Notes: generated by a model not told the origin, from the letters alone. A DNA stretch of 44,613 nt from an archaeon (GCA_037442745.1 JBBIPP010000013.1:1-44613), one strand, 5' to 3'; counted from the first letter of the stretch, positions 18,260 through 27,926 are shown. Translations and numbers: made by a program.

Positions 18260-21200
18260 ATGGCACGCCTTCTCTCCCTCTCAATGAAGGGCTTCAAGTC
18301 CTTTGGGCGCCAGACTACGATAAATTTCGAAAAGGGATTGAACGGAATAGTTGGAGCTAACGGAAGCGGAAAGAGCAACATTATGGACGCAATTTTCTTC
18401 GTAATTGGTTCAAGCAGGCTTTCGGCAATGCGGGCAAAGCGGGGCGGGGAACTGATATTCAATTCAAAGACAGTCAAGCCGGAATACGCCGAGGTCCGGC
18501 TCGCACTTGACAATTCCTCTCGGGAATTCGGGGAGGATTGGGGTGATGTAATGACAATTTCCCGGCGCGTCCGGGCGGACGGAATGTCCGCTTACCGGAT
18601 AAACGGCAGGAGAATGACAAGGTTCCAGATTGTCGACGTTCTTGCGAGAGCCCGGATTTTCCCGGACGGCCATAACATTGTCCAGCAAGGAGAACTTATT
18701 GCGCTTGTCAAGAAGAACGCTTATGAAAGGCGCCAGATGATAGAGGAGCTAGCGGGCATAAAGGAATATGACGAGAAAAAGCACAAGGCATTCATTGAGC
18801 TCGGAATTGTCGAGCAGAAAGTCAACGAAATAAACAGCATTCTCAGGGAGCGCCAAAGGAACCTCGAGCGCCTGAAAAAGGAGCGGGAGCAGGCGGAGCG
18901 CTACGAGAAACTGAAGGAAGTCAAGGGGCTCTTTGAGGATTCCATTGTGAAGAGGAAGCTTGAGGAAAAGGAGGATGAGAAAAGAAAGCTTTCAAATGAG
19001 AGGGAGGTTGAGGAGAAAAGCCTCGCTTCAGTTGAGACTGAACTTGCCGAATATTCGGAGAGAATCGATTCTCTGAGGAAGGAAATAGCTTCCCTCGATA
19101 AGGAGCTCTCGAAAATGCAGTCCGGGGAGAATCTCGAGCTTGCAAAGGAGGTGGAGCGTCTCTCTTCAGCCCTCTCTGGCAGGCGCGCAAGGAAAACCCA
19201 GATTGCCGAGCAGATTGCCTCCGGCGCAAAAAGAAGAGATGCAATAATCTCAAGGGAAATTCCTGATCTCTCAGAACAGGCGAAAAAGCGCCTAGCGAGA
19301 ATTGGGATTGCCCAAATGGAGTTGGGGGATGTTGAAAGGGCAATCTCGGAACTCGAGAAGAAACGGCTCGATTTTCTCTCGATTTTCTCAAGGGAAAGCG
19401 AGATTGAAAAGGAGTTTGAGGCAAGAAAAAATAGCGCCCAAAAAGCACTTGACGAGCTGGCAACCCTCGAGCGGAACGCGACTTTCGAGCTTGAGAAGGC
19501 GTCTTCAATTGCCCGCCGCGCGGAGGAGGACAGGGAGTACTTCGAGAAAGCGCTCTCAGACCTTAAGAAGAAAATGTCCCTAGGCCTCTCAAAGGCCAAG
19601 TCTCTTGAGGACAAGGAGCGCGTTCTTCTTGAGAAGGAGAAGTCGCTTTCAACTGAGCTATCTGAGAAGAGGGCAGAGCTGGAATTTCTGGAAGCTGGGA
19701 TTTCTGAGGGAATCTCCAGAGTTTCCTTCATTTCGGGAAAATTGGGAGAACTTTCCTCCGGAGGAACTTTTCAGAATGCATCCGCGTTGGAATCAGTTCC
19801 CGGATATCTTGGAAGGCTCTCCAAATTTGTCGGAAAATCCGGGGTTCCGGAAATACTTGGAGCTTCCCTCCTTCAGAATTCAATTGTAGTTGGCTCTAGA
19901 GAATCGGCAATTGCCTGCGCGAAAATAATACGCGATCTATCCCTTGCGCGAATGACAATCCTGATTGCTGATGAAATTTCCTGGAAAAAGAATTCTTCGG
20001 ATGACAAGACTGTCTCCCAATTCTCAAAGCTCCTTACAATATCGGGAGGAACGCCTTCCTTAGAATCCTCGATTTTCTCCTCACTTGACAGGTTTTCAGT
20101 TGAACCTGACCTTGAGACAGCACTTGCAAAGGGAAAGGATGCGGTGACTGAGGAGGGGGACATTGTCTCCGGAAACGGCCTGATAATCGAGACTGGAAAA
20201 ATCGTCCTCCGGGAGAAGCTGGAGGAAGATCTTGAAAAGGAAAAGCGCCTCCTTGAGACTGAAAAGGAGAAAAAAGTCCGCCTTGCGGAAGAGACCAAAA
20301 AAATTGTTTCGGAGGTCTCTGACGTTTCCCAAGCGCTCCGCACCCTCTCAATTGAGCTTGCGTCAATCGTCCCCTCCAAAGCTGATTTGGCGGAGGAAAA
20401 AAGGCTCTCTGAGCGGATTCTCGCTTCAGAAGCTCTCAGGAACAAGTCTCTCCTTGAAAAGGAACGCATTTCCAAGGAACTTTCAGGGATTTCCGCGAGA
20501 AGGGCGGATGCTGAAGGGGCTTTTGCCAAAATTGTCCCAAAGGAACCCTTCTCTTCGGATGAAAAAAAGATAAATTTCTCGGAAATTAAGGAGCTAGAAG
20601 AGCAGGCGTCCTCTCTGAGGAAGAGACATTCTTCCCTGGCAATTGAGATTTCCGAAGCAAAAATGCGGGTGAAAAACTACATTGAGCCCGAAATTGAGAG
20701 CCTCTCTCGCCTCGTAAAATCCCTGGAAAAGGAGGAGGAAAAGCTGAAGAAAGAAGGCAGTTCAATAGATTCGGAAATTTCGTCCCTCGAAAGACAAGTC
20801 AAAGAGGCTGAGGGAATTGTTGCCTCGAAAATGGCTCTCCTGAAGGAGACCTCATTAAAAAAGTCTGAGCTTGCGAAATCACTCGAGAAGGAGGAGAGGA
20901 AGCGCTACGAATTCCTTGCGAAGAAGACTGCAATTGACGGAAAAATAGCGCTACTTTCAATGAAGCTCGACGGAATTTCCGTCGAGATTTCCTCTCTCTC
21001 CCTCAGGATAGAGGGCAAATCAAAGTTCATTCCCGGGACAATAAAGAGGCTAATGTCCCAGCTTGCGACAATAACTGACAGGATTTCCAGACTGGGCGCA
21101 ATAAACCAGCGCGCTCTTCTAGAGTTCGAGGAGGCTGAAGTCGAGTTCAAGGATGTTGAGGTGAAAAAAGTGAAGCTGGAAGAGGAGAAGCAGTCAATTG

Positions 21201-21829
21201 TCTCCTTCATGGAAACAGTCGAGAGGAGGAAGAAGGACACTTTCCTCGAGCACTATAATTCAATTTCCGCGAACTTTTCAAGGATTTATTCAAAGCTCTC
21301 GGGAGGGGAAGGTGAGCTTTCCCTCGAGAACCCTGAGACGATTTTTGACGGGGGGCTGATAATAAAGGCCAAACCACTGGGAAAGGAGGTTTCCCGGATA
21401 GACCTTCTCTCAGGAGGAGAGCAGTCAATGGCTGCCCTTGCGTTCATTTTCTCAATACAGGAACACACGCCGGCTCCCTTCTACATACTAGACGAGGTTG
21501 ATGCGGCTCTTGACAAGACGAATTCGGAGAAACTCGGGGTTCTTATAAGGGGATATTCGGAGAATTCACAGATAGTGATAATAACACACAAGGACGCGGT
21601 AATGCGGTTCTGCGACCAGCTAGTTGGAGTCTATCTGTCCCCTGAGAAAATATCCAAAATAATTTCCCAGCCAACGGAGGACTTTTTGAGGAAAGCGACA
21701 AGCAGGCAAGTTGACCGGGGCGATGTTGACGGCGGGGGCCCGTTCTTTGAAAAGCCCGGCCAAAAGGAAAGTGTGTATGGGGAGGAAGAAGAGCCCTCTT
21801 CAGAGGAAGAATTCAATTCTGAAGAATAG
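18260..21829 (+). CDS. smc: Chromosome segregation protein SMC
   Basis: GFKSF, Walker A GANGSGKSN, Q-loop VQQG, coiled coils, hinge, LSGGEQS and ILDEVDAALD. Acidic C-terminal extension. Confidence 0.97.
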   Translation: MARLLSLSMKGFKSFGRQTTINFEKGLNGIVGANGSGKSNIMDAIFFVIGSSRLSAMRAKRGGELIFNSKTVKPEYAEVRLALDNSSREFGEDWGDVMTISRRVRADGMSAYRINGRRMTRFQIVDVLARARIFPDGHNIVQQGELIALVKKNAYERRQMIEELAGIKEYDEKKHKAFIELGIVEQKVNEINSILRERQRNLERLKKEREQAERYEKLKEVKGLFEDSIVKRKLEEKEDEKRKLSNEREVEEKSLASVETELAEYSERIDSLRKEIASLDKELSKMQSGENLELAKEVERLSSALSGRRARKTQIAEQIASGAKRRDAIISREIPDLSEQAKKRLARIGIAQMELGDVERAISELEKKRLDFLSIFSRESEIEKEFEARKNSAQKALDELATLERNATFELEKASSIARRAEEDREYFEKALSDLKKKMSLGLSKAKSLEDKERVLLEKEKSLSTELSEKRAELEFLEAGISEGISRVSFISGKLGELSSGGTFQNASALESVPGYLGRLSKFVGKSGVPEILGASLLQNSIVVGSRESAIACAKIIRDLSLARMTILIADEISWKKNSSDDKTVSQFSKLLTISGGTPSLESSIFSSLDRFSVEPDLETALAKGKDAVTEEGDIVSGNGLIIETGKIVLREKLEEDLEKEKRLLETEKEKKVRLAEETKKIVSEVSDVSQALRTLSIELASIVPSKADLAEEKRLSERILASEALRNKSLLEKERISKELSGISARRADAEGAFAKIVPKEPFSSDEKKINFSEIKELEEQASSLRKRHSSLAIEISEAKMRVKNYIEPEIESLSRLVKSLEKEEEKLKKEGSSIDSEISSLERQVKEAEGIVASKMALLKETSLKKSELAKSLEKEERKRYEFLAKKTAIDGKIALLSMKLDGISVEISSLSLRIEGKSKFIPGTIKRLMSQLATITDRISRLGAINQRALLEFEEAEVEFKDVEVKKVKLEEEKQSIVSFMETVERRKKDTFLEHYNSISANFSRIYSKLSGGEGELSLENPETIFDGGLIIKAKPLGKEVSRIDLLSGGEQSMAALAFIFSIQEHTPAPFYILDEVDAALDKTNSEKLGVLIRGYSENSQIVIITHKDAVMRFCDQLVGVYLSPEKISKIISQPTEDFLRKATSRQVDRGDVDGGGPFFEKPGQKESVYGEEEEPSSEEEFNSEE

Positions 21830-21871
21830 GGCAAGGCCCCCAAAATTCGGGCCAAAAACAAGCCGGACTAA

Positions 21872-22027
21872 TTATTCGCTTTCAGGCTCTTCCCCGAAAT
21901 CGTCCGATTCCTCGTCTTCCTCGGCTTCATCGAACTTGTCGCCGTCGTCTTCCTCGAATTCGCCCTCTTCCCAGTCGTCGTCCTTTTCGTTTTCCCAACT
22001 TGTTCCAGAATCTTTGTCTTTCGCCAT
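21872..22027 (-). CDS. Small very acidic protein (51 aa), absent from the ORF track
   Basis: MAKDKDSGTSWENEKDDDWEEGEFEEDDGDKFDEAEEDEESDDFGEEPESE*, with 28/51 D/E. GGAG upstream. It fills the smc-HTH gap. Confidence 0.7.
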   Translation of the reverse strand: MAKDKDSGTSWENEKDDDWEEGEFEEDDGDKFDEAEEDEESDDFGEEPESE

Positions 22028-22199
22028 TTTCCGAGTCCATCTCCGTAGGATTTGTGTTGCTTGTTGATTTTTCCTCAGCCAAAAATACCCCCTTTTTAAG
22101 GGTTTCCACCAAATTCCTGCCTCCCTTTCGCCTCACGCCCCGCTAATGGAAAAACATTTATTTCCTTCTTGTGCATATGTGTTGAACAGGGCTGTCGAG

Positions 22200-22565
22200 A
22201 TGTTGAGAATAGAAATAATCAGACGAATATCCCTTTCATCCAAGTCCCTGGCAGAAGAGGATCTCCTCAAGCTAGTTTTCGGCCTTCGGGAAATAGAGGT
22301 CCAGGCATTCAGGGCGCTCTCTGAAGCAAGACGCTCATTGGACATTGGTTCAATTGCCGAGAAAATAGAGCGGGACCGGACAACTGCCCAGAGATCGCTA
22401 TGCAACCTCGTGTCAGCCGGGCTTGTAATACGCCAGATAAAGCCGCACAGACGCCTCTACTACACATATGAGGCTGTCTCTGAGGAGGAAATAAGGCAGG
22501 CAGTCAGAGAATATGTCAGAAGGCTAAACGAGTCTCTTGAGAGGACAATAGAGCGCTCTTTCTGA
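22200..22565 (+). CDS. Archaeal winged-HTH transcriptional regulator (TrmB-like/COG3355 type)
   Basis: FGLREIE, IAEKIERDRTTAQRSL..LVSAGLV, YYTYEA. Alternative start at 22146. Confidence 0.8.
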   Translation: MLRIEIIRRISLSSKSLAEEDLLKLVFGLREIEVQAFRALSEARRSLDIGSIAEKIERDRTTAQRSLCNLVSAGLVIRQIKPHRRLYYTYEAVSEEEIRQAVREYVRRLNESLERTIERSF

Positions 22566-22567
22566 CC

Positions 22568-24289
22568 CTAGTATTTCTCGTCAATTGATTCCGGGGCTGT
22601 AGTCTCAATTTTTTTCCTTATTCTTACTCCTCTTCCTTCTCCCTTCCGGTTAGCTTCCTCGTTACCTATCGCCTCGTTCTTCACTAGTTCAAGGACGGCT
22701 TTCCTCTCATTTGAGAAAAGGTCGAAGAATATTATCCCTATTGAGGCGAGGGCGGCGAGAACAGAGACTGCCGCAATCAAAGTCTCAATCTTGAACTGGG
22801 CAATCCTGTATTTCGCAGCCCCTATTGAGAGCTCAAGCCGGGCGTTTGAAACGCGTATTAGCGCAAGGTTGACCTCCTTTCTGACCTTGCTGTGTGTTGT
22901 CGCATTCTCCGCAGCCCAGATATTTCCCTGCGCCTTGTCAAGGAGCGCCCGCGCCCTCCTAATATTGTCGAAAATACTGGAAAAATCCTTCTTATTGACC
23001 CCTTCAACGGAGGCGGACTCTTTTACGAACTTTTCGAAATTGTCCGCCGACTGGGACCCTTGGGAATGGGAAACTGTTGCTATTTTCAGGAGCTCTGTGT
23101 AGACGCGCTCGAAGGTTTTTTCAATTGATTCCTTTATTTTAAGGAGAATTTTCTGCGCATCTTTCAGGAGAGCTAGCGCCTCAGAATCTTTCCCTTCCCT
23201 TGCGAGAGCCTCCGCATCGGCAACCATTTCCTTTGCCTTGAGGAGATCCCCTTGCCAGGCGGCAATGCTTCCTCCAAGTATTTCAGGAGCCGCATCCGCA
23301 CTCGGCTCGAGCGAATTGATTAGCTCCTCAATTTCATATATCATTATCCCAGTTGCGTTGACATACCATCCGAGATATTCCCTGACACTGGACGCTCCAG
23401 AATAGACAAGGCTTGAATATGCCTCGTTCGCAAGAGCCCTCGCGCTGTTCGCAAGAGCCTTCGCTTTCGCAGAATATGAGAAAGCGTCCTGGAAAAAGGC
23501 CTGGTCGAACGAATAGGACGCGCCCCCGTATTCAATCATTGCCTCGTCAAGGAGTGCGTTCGCCTGGATGAGCCGGTATTCGGCAAAGGCAGTTTCAACC
23601 CCGCTTCCGGCGGAGAGTACCAGTGCCTCCGCCTTTTCAATGAGTTTTCTCGCCTCGCTCACAGCAAGTATTGCCTCCGAAAGGGCGCTTGACGCCGAAA
23701 GCTTTTCTTGCTGATAAGAATATAGCTCCTCATTCGTCGGATATTTGTATATTGCCGAGAATTCCTGGCAGGATGCCCCGCACCAGAGATGGTCCGCTTC
23801 AGGGGGCGCGCTTGCGTTCACTATCCTTGCCGAGCACCTGACTTGGTACGAAATAGGGATTATCTGCTGATAGCCGGGATTTTCCTGTGGCGCCGAGAAG
23901 GATTCGTTCGCAATAAGCGCCCTCTCCCCTGAAAGAACGGGGAAAGGGCCCAAATTGTCCGCTCCAAAAGAGGTGTATGCGCAGTAAAGTGTAAGGTTGC
24001 TTTCCAGATTCTCGATGAACAGTTCAGAATGCGCCCCCTCTCCCGCGAAGAGAAGCCTTTTAGAGAGATTTGCCGAAGAGACAAATGAAACCGGCTCGCA
24101 TATCGGGGTGCCGTTCGCTTTCGGGCACTTTTGGTCGCATCCGTAGGAACACACTTCCGAATAGCCTGATATAACAAGGACGAGCGCGAGAAAAATTCCA
24201 AGGAAAATCTTCCTCAGTGTGTCAGACTGGAGCGGCCAAGTCATTGCCAGTTTGCCGGCTCCTCTACCCTGAAGGGGATCATCATTCAC
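22568..24289 (-). CDS. Membrane-anchored surface protein: Cys-rich N-domain plus Ala-rich helical stalk
   Basis: N-terminal hydrophobic signal, multiple Cys, long amphipathic helices, C-terminal TM and charged tail. The start may be 24244. Confidence 0.75.
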   Translation of the reverse strand: MNDDPLQGRGAGKLAMTWPLQSDTLRKIFLGIFLALVLVISGYSEVCSYGCDQKCPKANGTPICEPVSFVSSANLSKRLLFAGEGAHSELFIENLESNLTLYCAYTSFGADNLGPFPVLSGERALIANESFSAPQENPGYQQIIPISYQVRCSARIVNASAPPEADHLWCGASCQEFSAIYKYPTNEELYSYQQEKLSASSALSEAILAVSEARKLIEKAEALVLSAGSGVETAFAEYRLIQANALLDEAMIEYGGASYSFDQAFFQDAFSYSAKAKALANSARALANEAYSSLVYSGASSVREYLGWYVNATGIMIYEIEELINSLEPSADAAPEILGGSIAAWQGDLLKAKEMVADAEALAREGKDSEALALLKDAQKILLKIKESIEKTFERVYTELLKIATVSHSQGSQSADNFEKFVKESASVEGVNKKDFSSIFDNIRRARALLDKAQGNIWAAENATTHSKVRKEVNLALIRVSNARLELSIGAAKYRIAQFKIETLIAAVSVLAALASIGIIFFDLFSNERKAVLELVKNEAIGNEEANRKGEGRGVRIRKKIETTAPESIDEKY

Positions 24290-24310
24290 TTGCGAATGGA
24301 ATTGCCCCTG

Positions 24311-24814
24311 CTAATTAAAACTTTCTAGTTCCTTGAGAAACTCCCTTTCGGTCAGGGAATAGAGCGTCTTGTTCCGGCCGAGCGCGCCCGATGTTATTTC
24401 GGGGCCCATCCAGGCAGGTTTTCTGAATTTTTTGGCTTCAGTCTCGCTCCGGAAATTCGCCTCTGCCCTGACAAGCCCGCTCAGCTTTCCCGAGTATTCC
24501 CTAACCGTTATTGCCGGAGATCTTCCGGGAAGATAGTGGAGACTTCGCCAAATTGCCTTCTTTTCGCCCCCAACGAGTTCGAGGAGGGCCCCGAAAGTTT
24601 CAGTTGAAATTTCCGCCCTTGTCCTCTCCCGCGATAGGCGCGAGCTCTTCCGCTTCACCTCAATTATGCATGCGCCCTCCCTGTTTTGCACTCTTATTTC
24701 CTCCCCTCTTCCCGAGGGAAGGTAGAACAATACTTCCTTGACGGTTCTCACGGGCTTTGGGAAGGCCCCATTTACAAGGAATTTTCTCTCAATTTCAACA
24801 TCGGTTTCTCCCAT
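24311..24814 (-). CDS. CYTH / triphosphate tunnel metalloenzyme family protein
   Basis: EIERKFLV, EIRV, GLVRAE and PAWMGPEIT. Confidence 0.8.
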   Translation of the reverse strand: MGETDVEIERKFLVNGAFPKPVRTVKEVLFYLPSGRGEEIRVQNREGACIIEVKRKSSRLSRERTRAEISTETFGALLELVGGEKKAIWRSLHYLPGRSPAITVREYSGKLSGLVRAEANFRSETEAKKFRKPAWMGPEITSGALGRNKTLYSLTEREFLKELESFN

Positions 24815-24834
24815 TCTTCTCTCGCCCCAAGGAA

Positions 24835-25842
24835 TTATTCAAAAACAAAAGTCGCAATCCGCCTTATTCCCTTTAAGATGATGCTCTCGGGGACTGCCCC
24901 GACATTCAGTATTGCTAGGTCCTTCCCCGCGCCCGGATTTTCCGGGAAAAAGGCTGCGCCTGTCAGGAAGTTGACTCCCTCCTTCCTAGCAAGGGCGAGA
25001 GCTTCCCCGGAATCCTTTATTTTCAGAGGGAGCTTGAAGCCTCCCGTGGGCCTTGTTGAGAGGGCTCCTTGCGGAAATTCGCTCTCAACCAGCTCAGTTG
25101 TGAGCTCAATTCTTCTCTTGTATTCTGGAACCGCCTCGTTTCGGAAGCTCTCAATTCCCTTGGAAATAACCCATTCCTGGCAGAGATGGCGCGCGAGAAC
25201 GGAAGGCGCGGAGAGCGCCCGCACTCTTGACGCGACCGATTCCGGCCCCGAGAATATGCCAAGCGAAATTCCGGGAAGCAGCGTCTCTGAGAAATCCGAG
25301 ACATAGATTGTCGACTCCCCTTCCTCGTCAAAGGATTTTATCGGAGGGAGGGGGTTCTTCAGGAAAGACAGCTCTCTCCCCGACCCGTCCTCGAAAATAA
25401 TAAACCTGTGCTTCTTTGCGAGTTCTACTAGCCATCCCCTCTCGTTAACTGTCATGGACTCTCCCAATGGCTCGCTCACATCCGGCCTGACAATGAGCGC
25501 CCCTAGATCGGGAGCTCCGCTAGAGAGATATTTCTCAATTTCAGCCAGGCCTGAAAATCCAAGAGCTCCCTCGACTGAGACGGGAGACGGCCTAATTACT
25601 CCGACTTTTCCCGGGAGAAACGGCAGAATTTTCGATACTGGGTCAAAGAGGCTGGAAGTGAGTGCGAACTCCGCTTTCCTCGCCCTGAAAGGGAGAGTTG
25701 AGAAAATTTCGCTTGGGAACCTTTCTCTCTCGGACATCTCCTTTTCAAGGGAGAATCTCAAGAACGCCTCCTTCACGAACCCCTCCGGGAAAAACCTAGG
25801 ATTCCCTCCACTTCTCCCGAAATCAAACTCGTATTTTTCCAT
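24835..25842 (-). CDS. Degenerate class I/II PLP aminotransferase-like protein (ARO8/MocR type)
   Basis: PDVSEPLGESM, IIFED and IYVSDFSETLLPGISLG. The canonical FSK..PGLR.G lysine and arginine are replaced. Confidence 0.7.
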   Translation of the reverse strand: MEKYEFDFGRSGGNPRFFPEGFVKEAFLRFSLEKEMSERERFPSEIFSTLPFRARKAEFALTSSLFDPVSKILPFLPGKVGVIRPSPVSVEGALGFSGLAEIEKYLSSGAPDLGALIVRPDVSEPLGESMTVNERGWLVELAKKHRFIIFEDGSGRELSFLKNPLPPIKSFDEEGESTIYVSDFSETLLPGISLGIFSGPESVASRVRALSAPSVLARHLCQEWVISKGIESFRNEAVPEYKRRIELTTELVESEFPQGALSTRPTGGFKLPLKIKDSGEALALARKEGVNFLTGAAFFPENPGAGKDLAILNVGAVPESIILKGIRRIATFVFE

Positions 25843-25844
25843 TT

Positions 25845-27608
25845 CTATTTCGCCCCTTTCCTTGTCCTCTCCTGCAGTTCATATAAAGAACGTATCTCGG
25901 AGACTGTTGTTGCGTCCATTGCTCCCTTGTCCTCACGCACGAATCCCTTGATTCTCGGGAATCTCAGGGCAAGACCGTTCCCCCCTTCTCCGGAAGCGCC
26001 TGCCGAGTGTATAGGGCTTTCAGTTATCTCGTCTGCAGATATTGAAACAACGTATTTTGGCTCCGTCCAAAAGTCAGGAACAAGCCGGCTTTCAACCAAT
26101 TTGGGTCTCTCCTTCGAAGAGCTTTCCTCAAGAAGCTTCCCGAACCTCTCCATTGCGTCCTCAGAGAACCCGGTCCCGACCTTCGCAATGCTCTTGAATT
26201 TCCCGTCTTCCTCGTCAATGACAGCGACAAGAAGGCCTCCGAACCCGAATTCCGTCCTCTGGCCCTTGCCCCTGAAATACCCGATTATTGCGCAGTCGAC
26301 GCTGTCCGCAAGGCCAGCCTCCGTATATGACTTTTTGAGTTTTACCCATGCGAACTTCCTTGCCCCTGCCACATAGCGCTCGTCCAATTTCTTGGCAATT
26401 ATTCCCTCGAGGCCTGAAGAGAGAGCTCCCGAGAAAAAGTCGTCTATCTCCTCTCCGGTGCTCGCGAATATTCCGTTGCTCGGCCGAATTCCGACGTTTC
26501 CACGGACAAGCTCCTCTAGTTTTTTTCTCCTCTCCTTGAAAGGGAGTTTTGTGCAATCAACCCCTTCGAGATAAAGTATGTCGAATGCAAAGAGGACCAA
26601 TGGAAGGGCTTCTCTTGCCTTCTCAATCCCGTGCTTCCTCTTCCTCTTTATTGTGTCTTGGAACGGCAGGAATTTTCCCGTCTTCTGGTCAATCCCTATT
26701 GCCTCGCCCTCAATTATCAGCTCCCTCTCAGGAAGGCGCCTCACTGCTTCGGAAATTTCCGGAAACATGTCAGTTGTCCGCTCAAGGGACCTTGAGAATA
26801 TTTCCACCACAGAATCCTTCTTGTGAACCTGTGCCCGGAACCCGTCGTATTTGGCGTCAACAAAACAGGGGCCTATTTTCCCAATTATCGCTTCCCCGCT
26901 CTCAAGCCTCTCTGCAAGGGCAGGCCTTATCGGGTTCCCCGGAGTTATTTCTATTTCCAAGAGGCCTTCCTTTCCTTTCAGAAGGAACGTCTCCGCTACA
27001 AGCCCCAAGTCCGAGCAGAGGTTGTAAGCGCTTTCAATTTCAGTCCGCAGGGTCTTGTCCTTTGCTTTAGAGACCGAGAGCGCGTCAAGAATGCTATGGT
27101 CGCCAATCCCTAGCCGGAGCTTCGAGAGAGGGATTCTGACAAGGTGCTTTGCTTCTCCCGGCTCCTTGCACCTTCCCACAAGGGCGGCCAAAGACCTAAC
27201 CTTGTCCTCCTGGCTTCCCGCTCCTGAAAGGGAAGCTAGCCTTCTTAGCTCGGAATAGACTTCCGAGAGTTCGAGGGGTTTGCTTTCAAATAGCTTGCCT
27301 TGCTTGCCAGCTTTCGAGAAATTCTCGGATACAATTCCCAAGTCCCCGGTTTTCTGGTATTCAGCGACAATTGTCCTTTCTGGCCGGCCCGACGATATTG
27401 AAAGTGCGCGCATCAGGAGCTTCTCCCCTATTCCGAATTCAACTCCTTTGAAAGGTGGCTCAACAACCCCCTGGAGAAGGTAAGTTGTCCCGCGTATTTC
27501 CTCAGGTGAGAGGGCTGAATAGAGGCTGGCGAGACTCCCGACAATCGAATTCCGCGAAGGCTCCTTTTCAATTGCCTCAAGAATGTCTGAAAACTCTGAA
27601 AATCTCAT
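25845..27608 (-). CDS. lig: ATP-dependent DNA ligase
   Basis: KYDGFRAQVH, IIEGE, FAFDILY, EGIIAK, WVKLKK and LRFPR. Confidence 0.98.
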   Translation of the reverse strand: MRFSEFSDILEAIEKEPSRNSIVGSLASLYSALSPEEIRGTTYLLQGVVEPPFKGVEFGIGEKLLMRALSISSGRPERTIVAEYQKTGDLGIVSENFSKAGKQGKLFESKPLELSEVYSELRRLASLSGAGSQEDKVRSLAALVGRCKEPGEAKHLVRIPLSKLRLGIGDHSILDALSVSKAKDKTLRTEIESAYNLCSDLGLVAETFLLKGKEGLLEIEITPGNPIRPALAERLESGEAIIGKIGPCFVDAKYDGFRAQVHKKDSVVEIFSRSLERTTDMFPEISEAVRRLPERELIIEGEAIGIDQKTGKFLPFQDTIKRKRKHGIEKAREALPLVLFAFDILYLEGVDCTKLPFKERRKKLEELVRGNVGIRPSNGIFASTGEEIDDFFSGALSSGLEGIIAKKLDERYVAGARKFAWVKLKKSYTEAGLADSVDCAIIGYFRGKGQRTEFGFGGLLVAVIDEEDGKFKSIAKVGTGFSEDAMERFGKLLEESSSKERPKLVESRLVPDFWTEPKYVVSISADEITESPIHSAGASGEGGNGLALRFPRIKGFVREDKGAMDATTVSEIRSLYELQERTRKGAK

Positions 27609-27665
27609 TGAAACGGGTGATTATAACAGCCCTTATTAGTTTTTCCGAGAATTTCCCCGCCTTTG

Positions 27666-27926
27666 CTAAAAGACAACTCCGGATTTGCCCTCGTCCCCCA
27701 TTGAAATGACGAGCTCCCGCGCTCCGTCCTCTCCCGAACCTTCCCTGGCTTTTGCCCTCGGGGGCACGCGTATTCTGACTGATTTGTGGTGCCGGAGAAC
27801 GTCTTCCAAGTCAATAGTGACCTCTTCTTCGGAATCCTCCGGGAAAACCTCCTCGTCCTCGCCGGAATCATCCTCAAGCATTGGCTGGAATTCAAAGTTT
27901 TTCTGGAATCTGGAGCTGTCTAGCAT
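27666..27926 (-). CDS. Small acidic hypothetical protein (86 aa)
   Basis: ATG start with TTAAAAA about 27 nt upstream and an acidic N-terminal half. Same strand as, and upstream of, lig. Confidence 0.6.
   Translation of the reverse strand: MLDSSRFQKNFEFQPMLEDDSGEDEEVFPEDSEEEVTIDLEDVLRHHKSVRIRVPPRAKAREGSGEDGARELVISMGDEGKSGVVF

Noticed and set aside
18202-18513. N-terminal 104 aa of the 406-aa MBL ORF
   Set aside because: It is antisense to smc. The lipobox and TATA position support ATG 18201.
18260-21829. SMC plus nuclease as a Wadjet/Lamassu/Rad50-type defence or repair system
   Set aside because: This is a canonical hinge-containing SMC, the nuclease is a divergent secreted lipoprotein, and there are no jet, lmu or mre11 partners.
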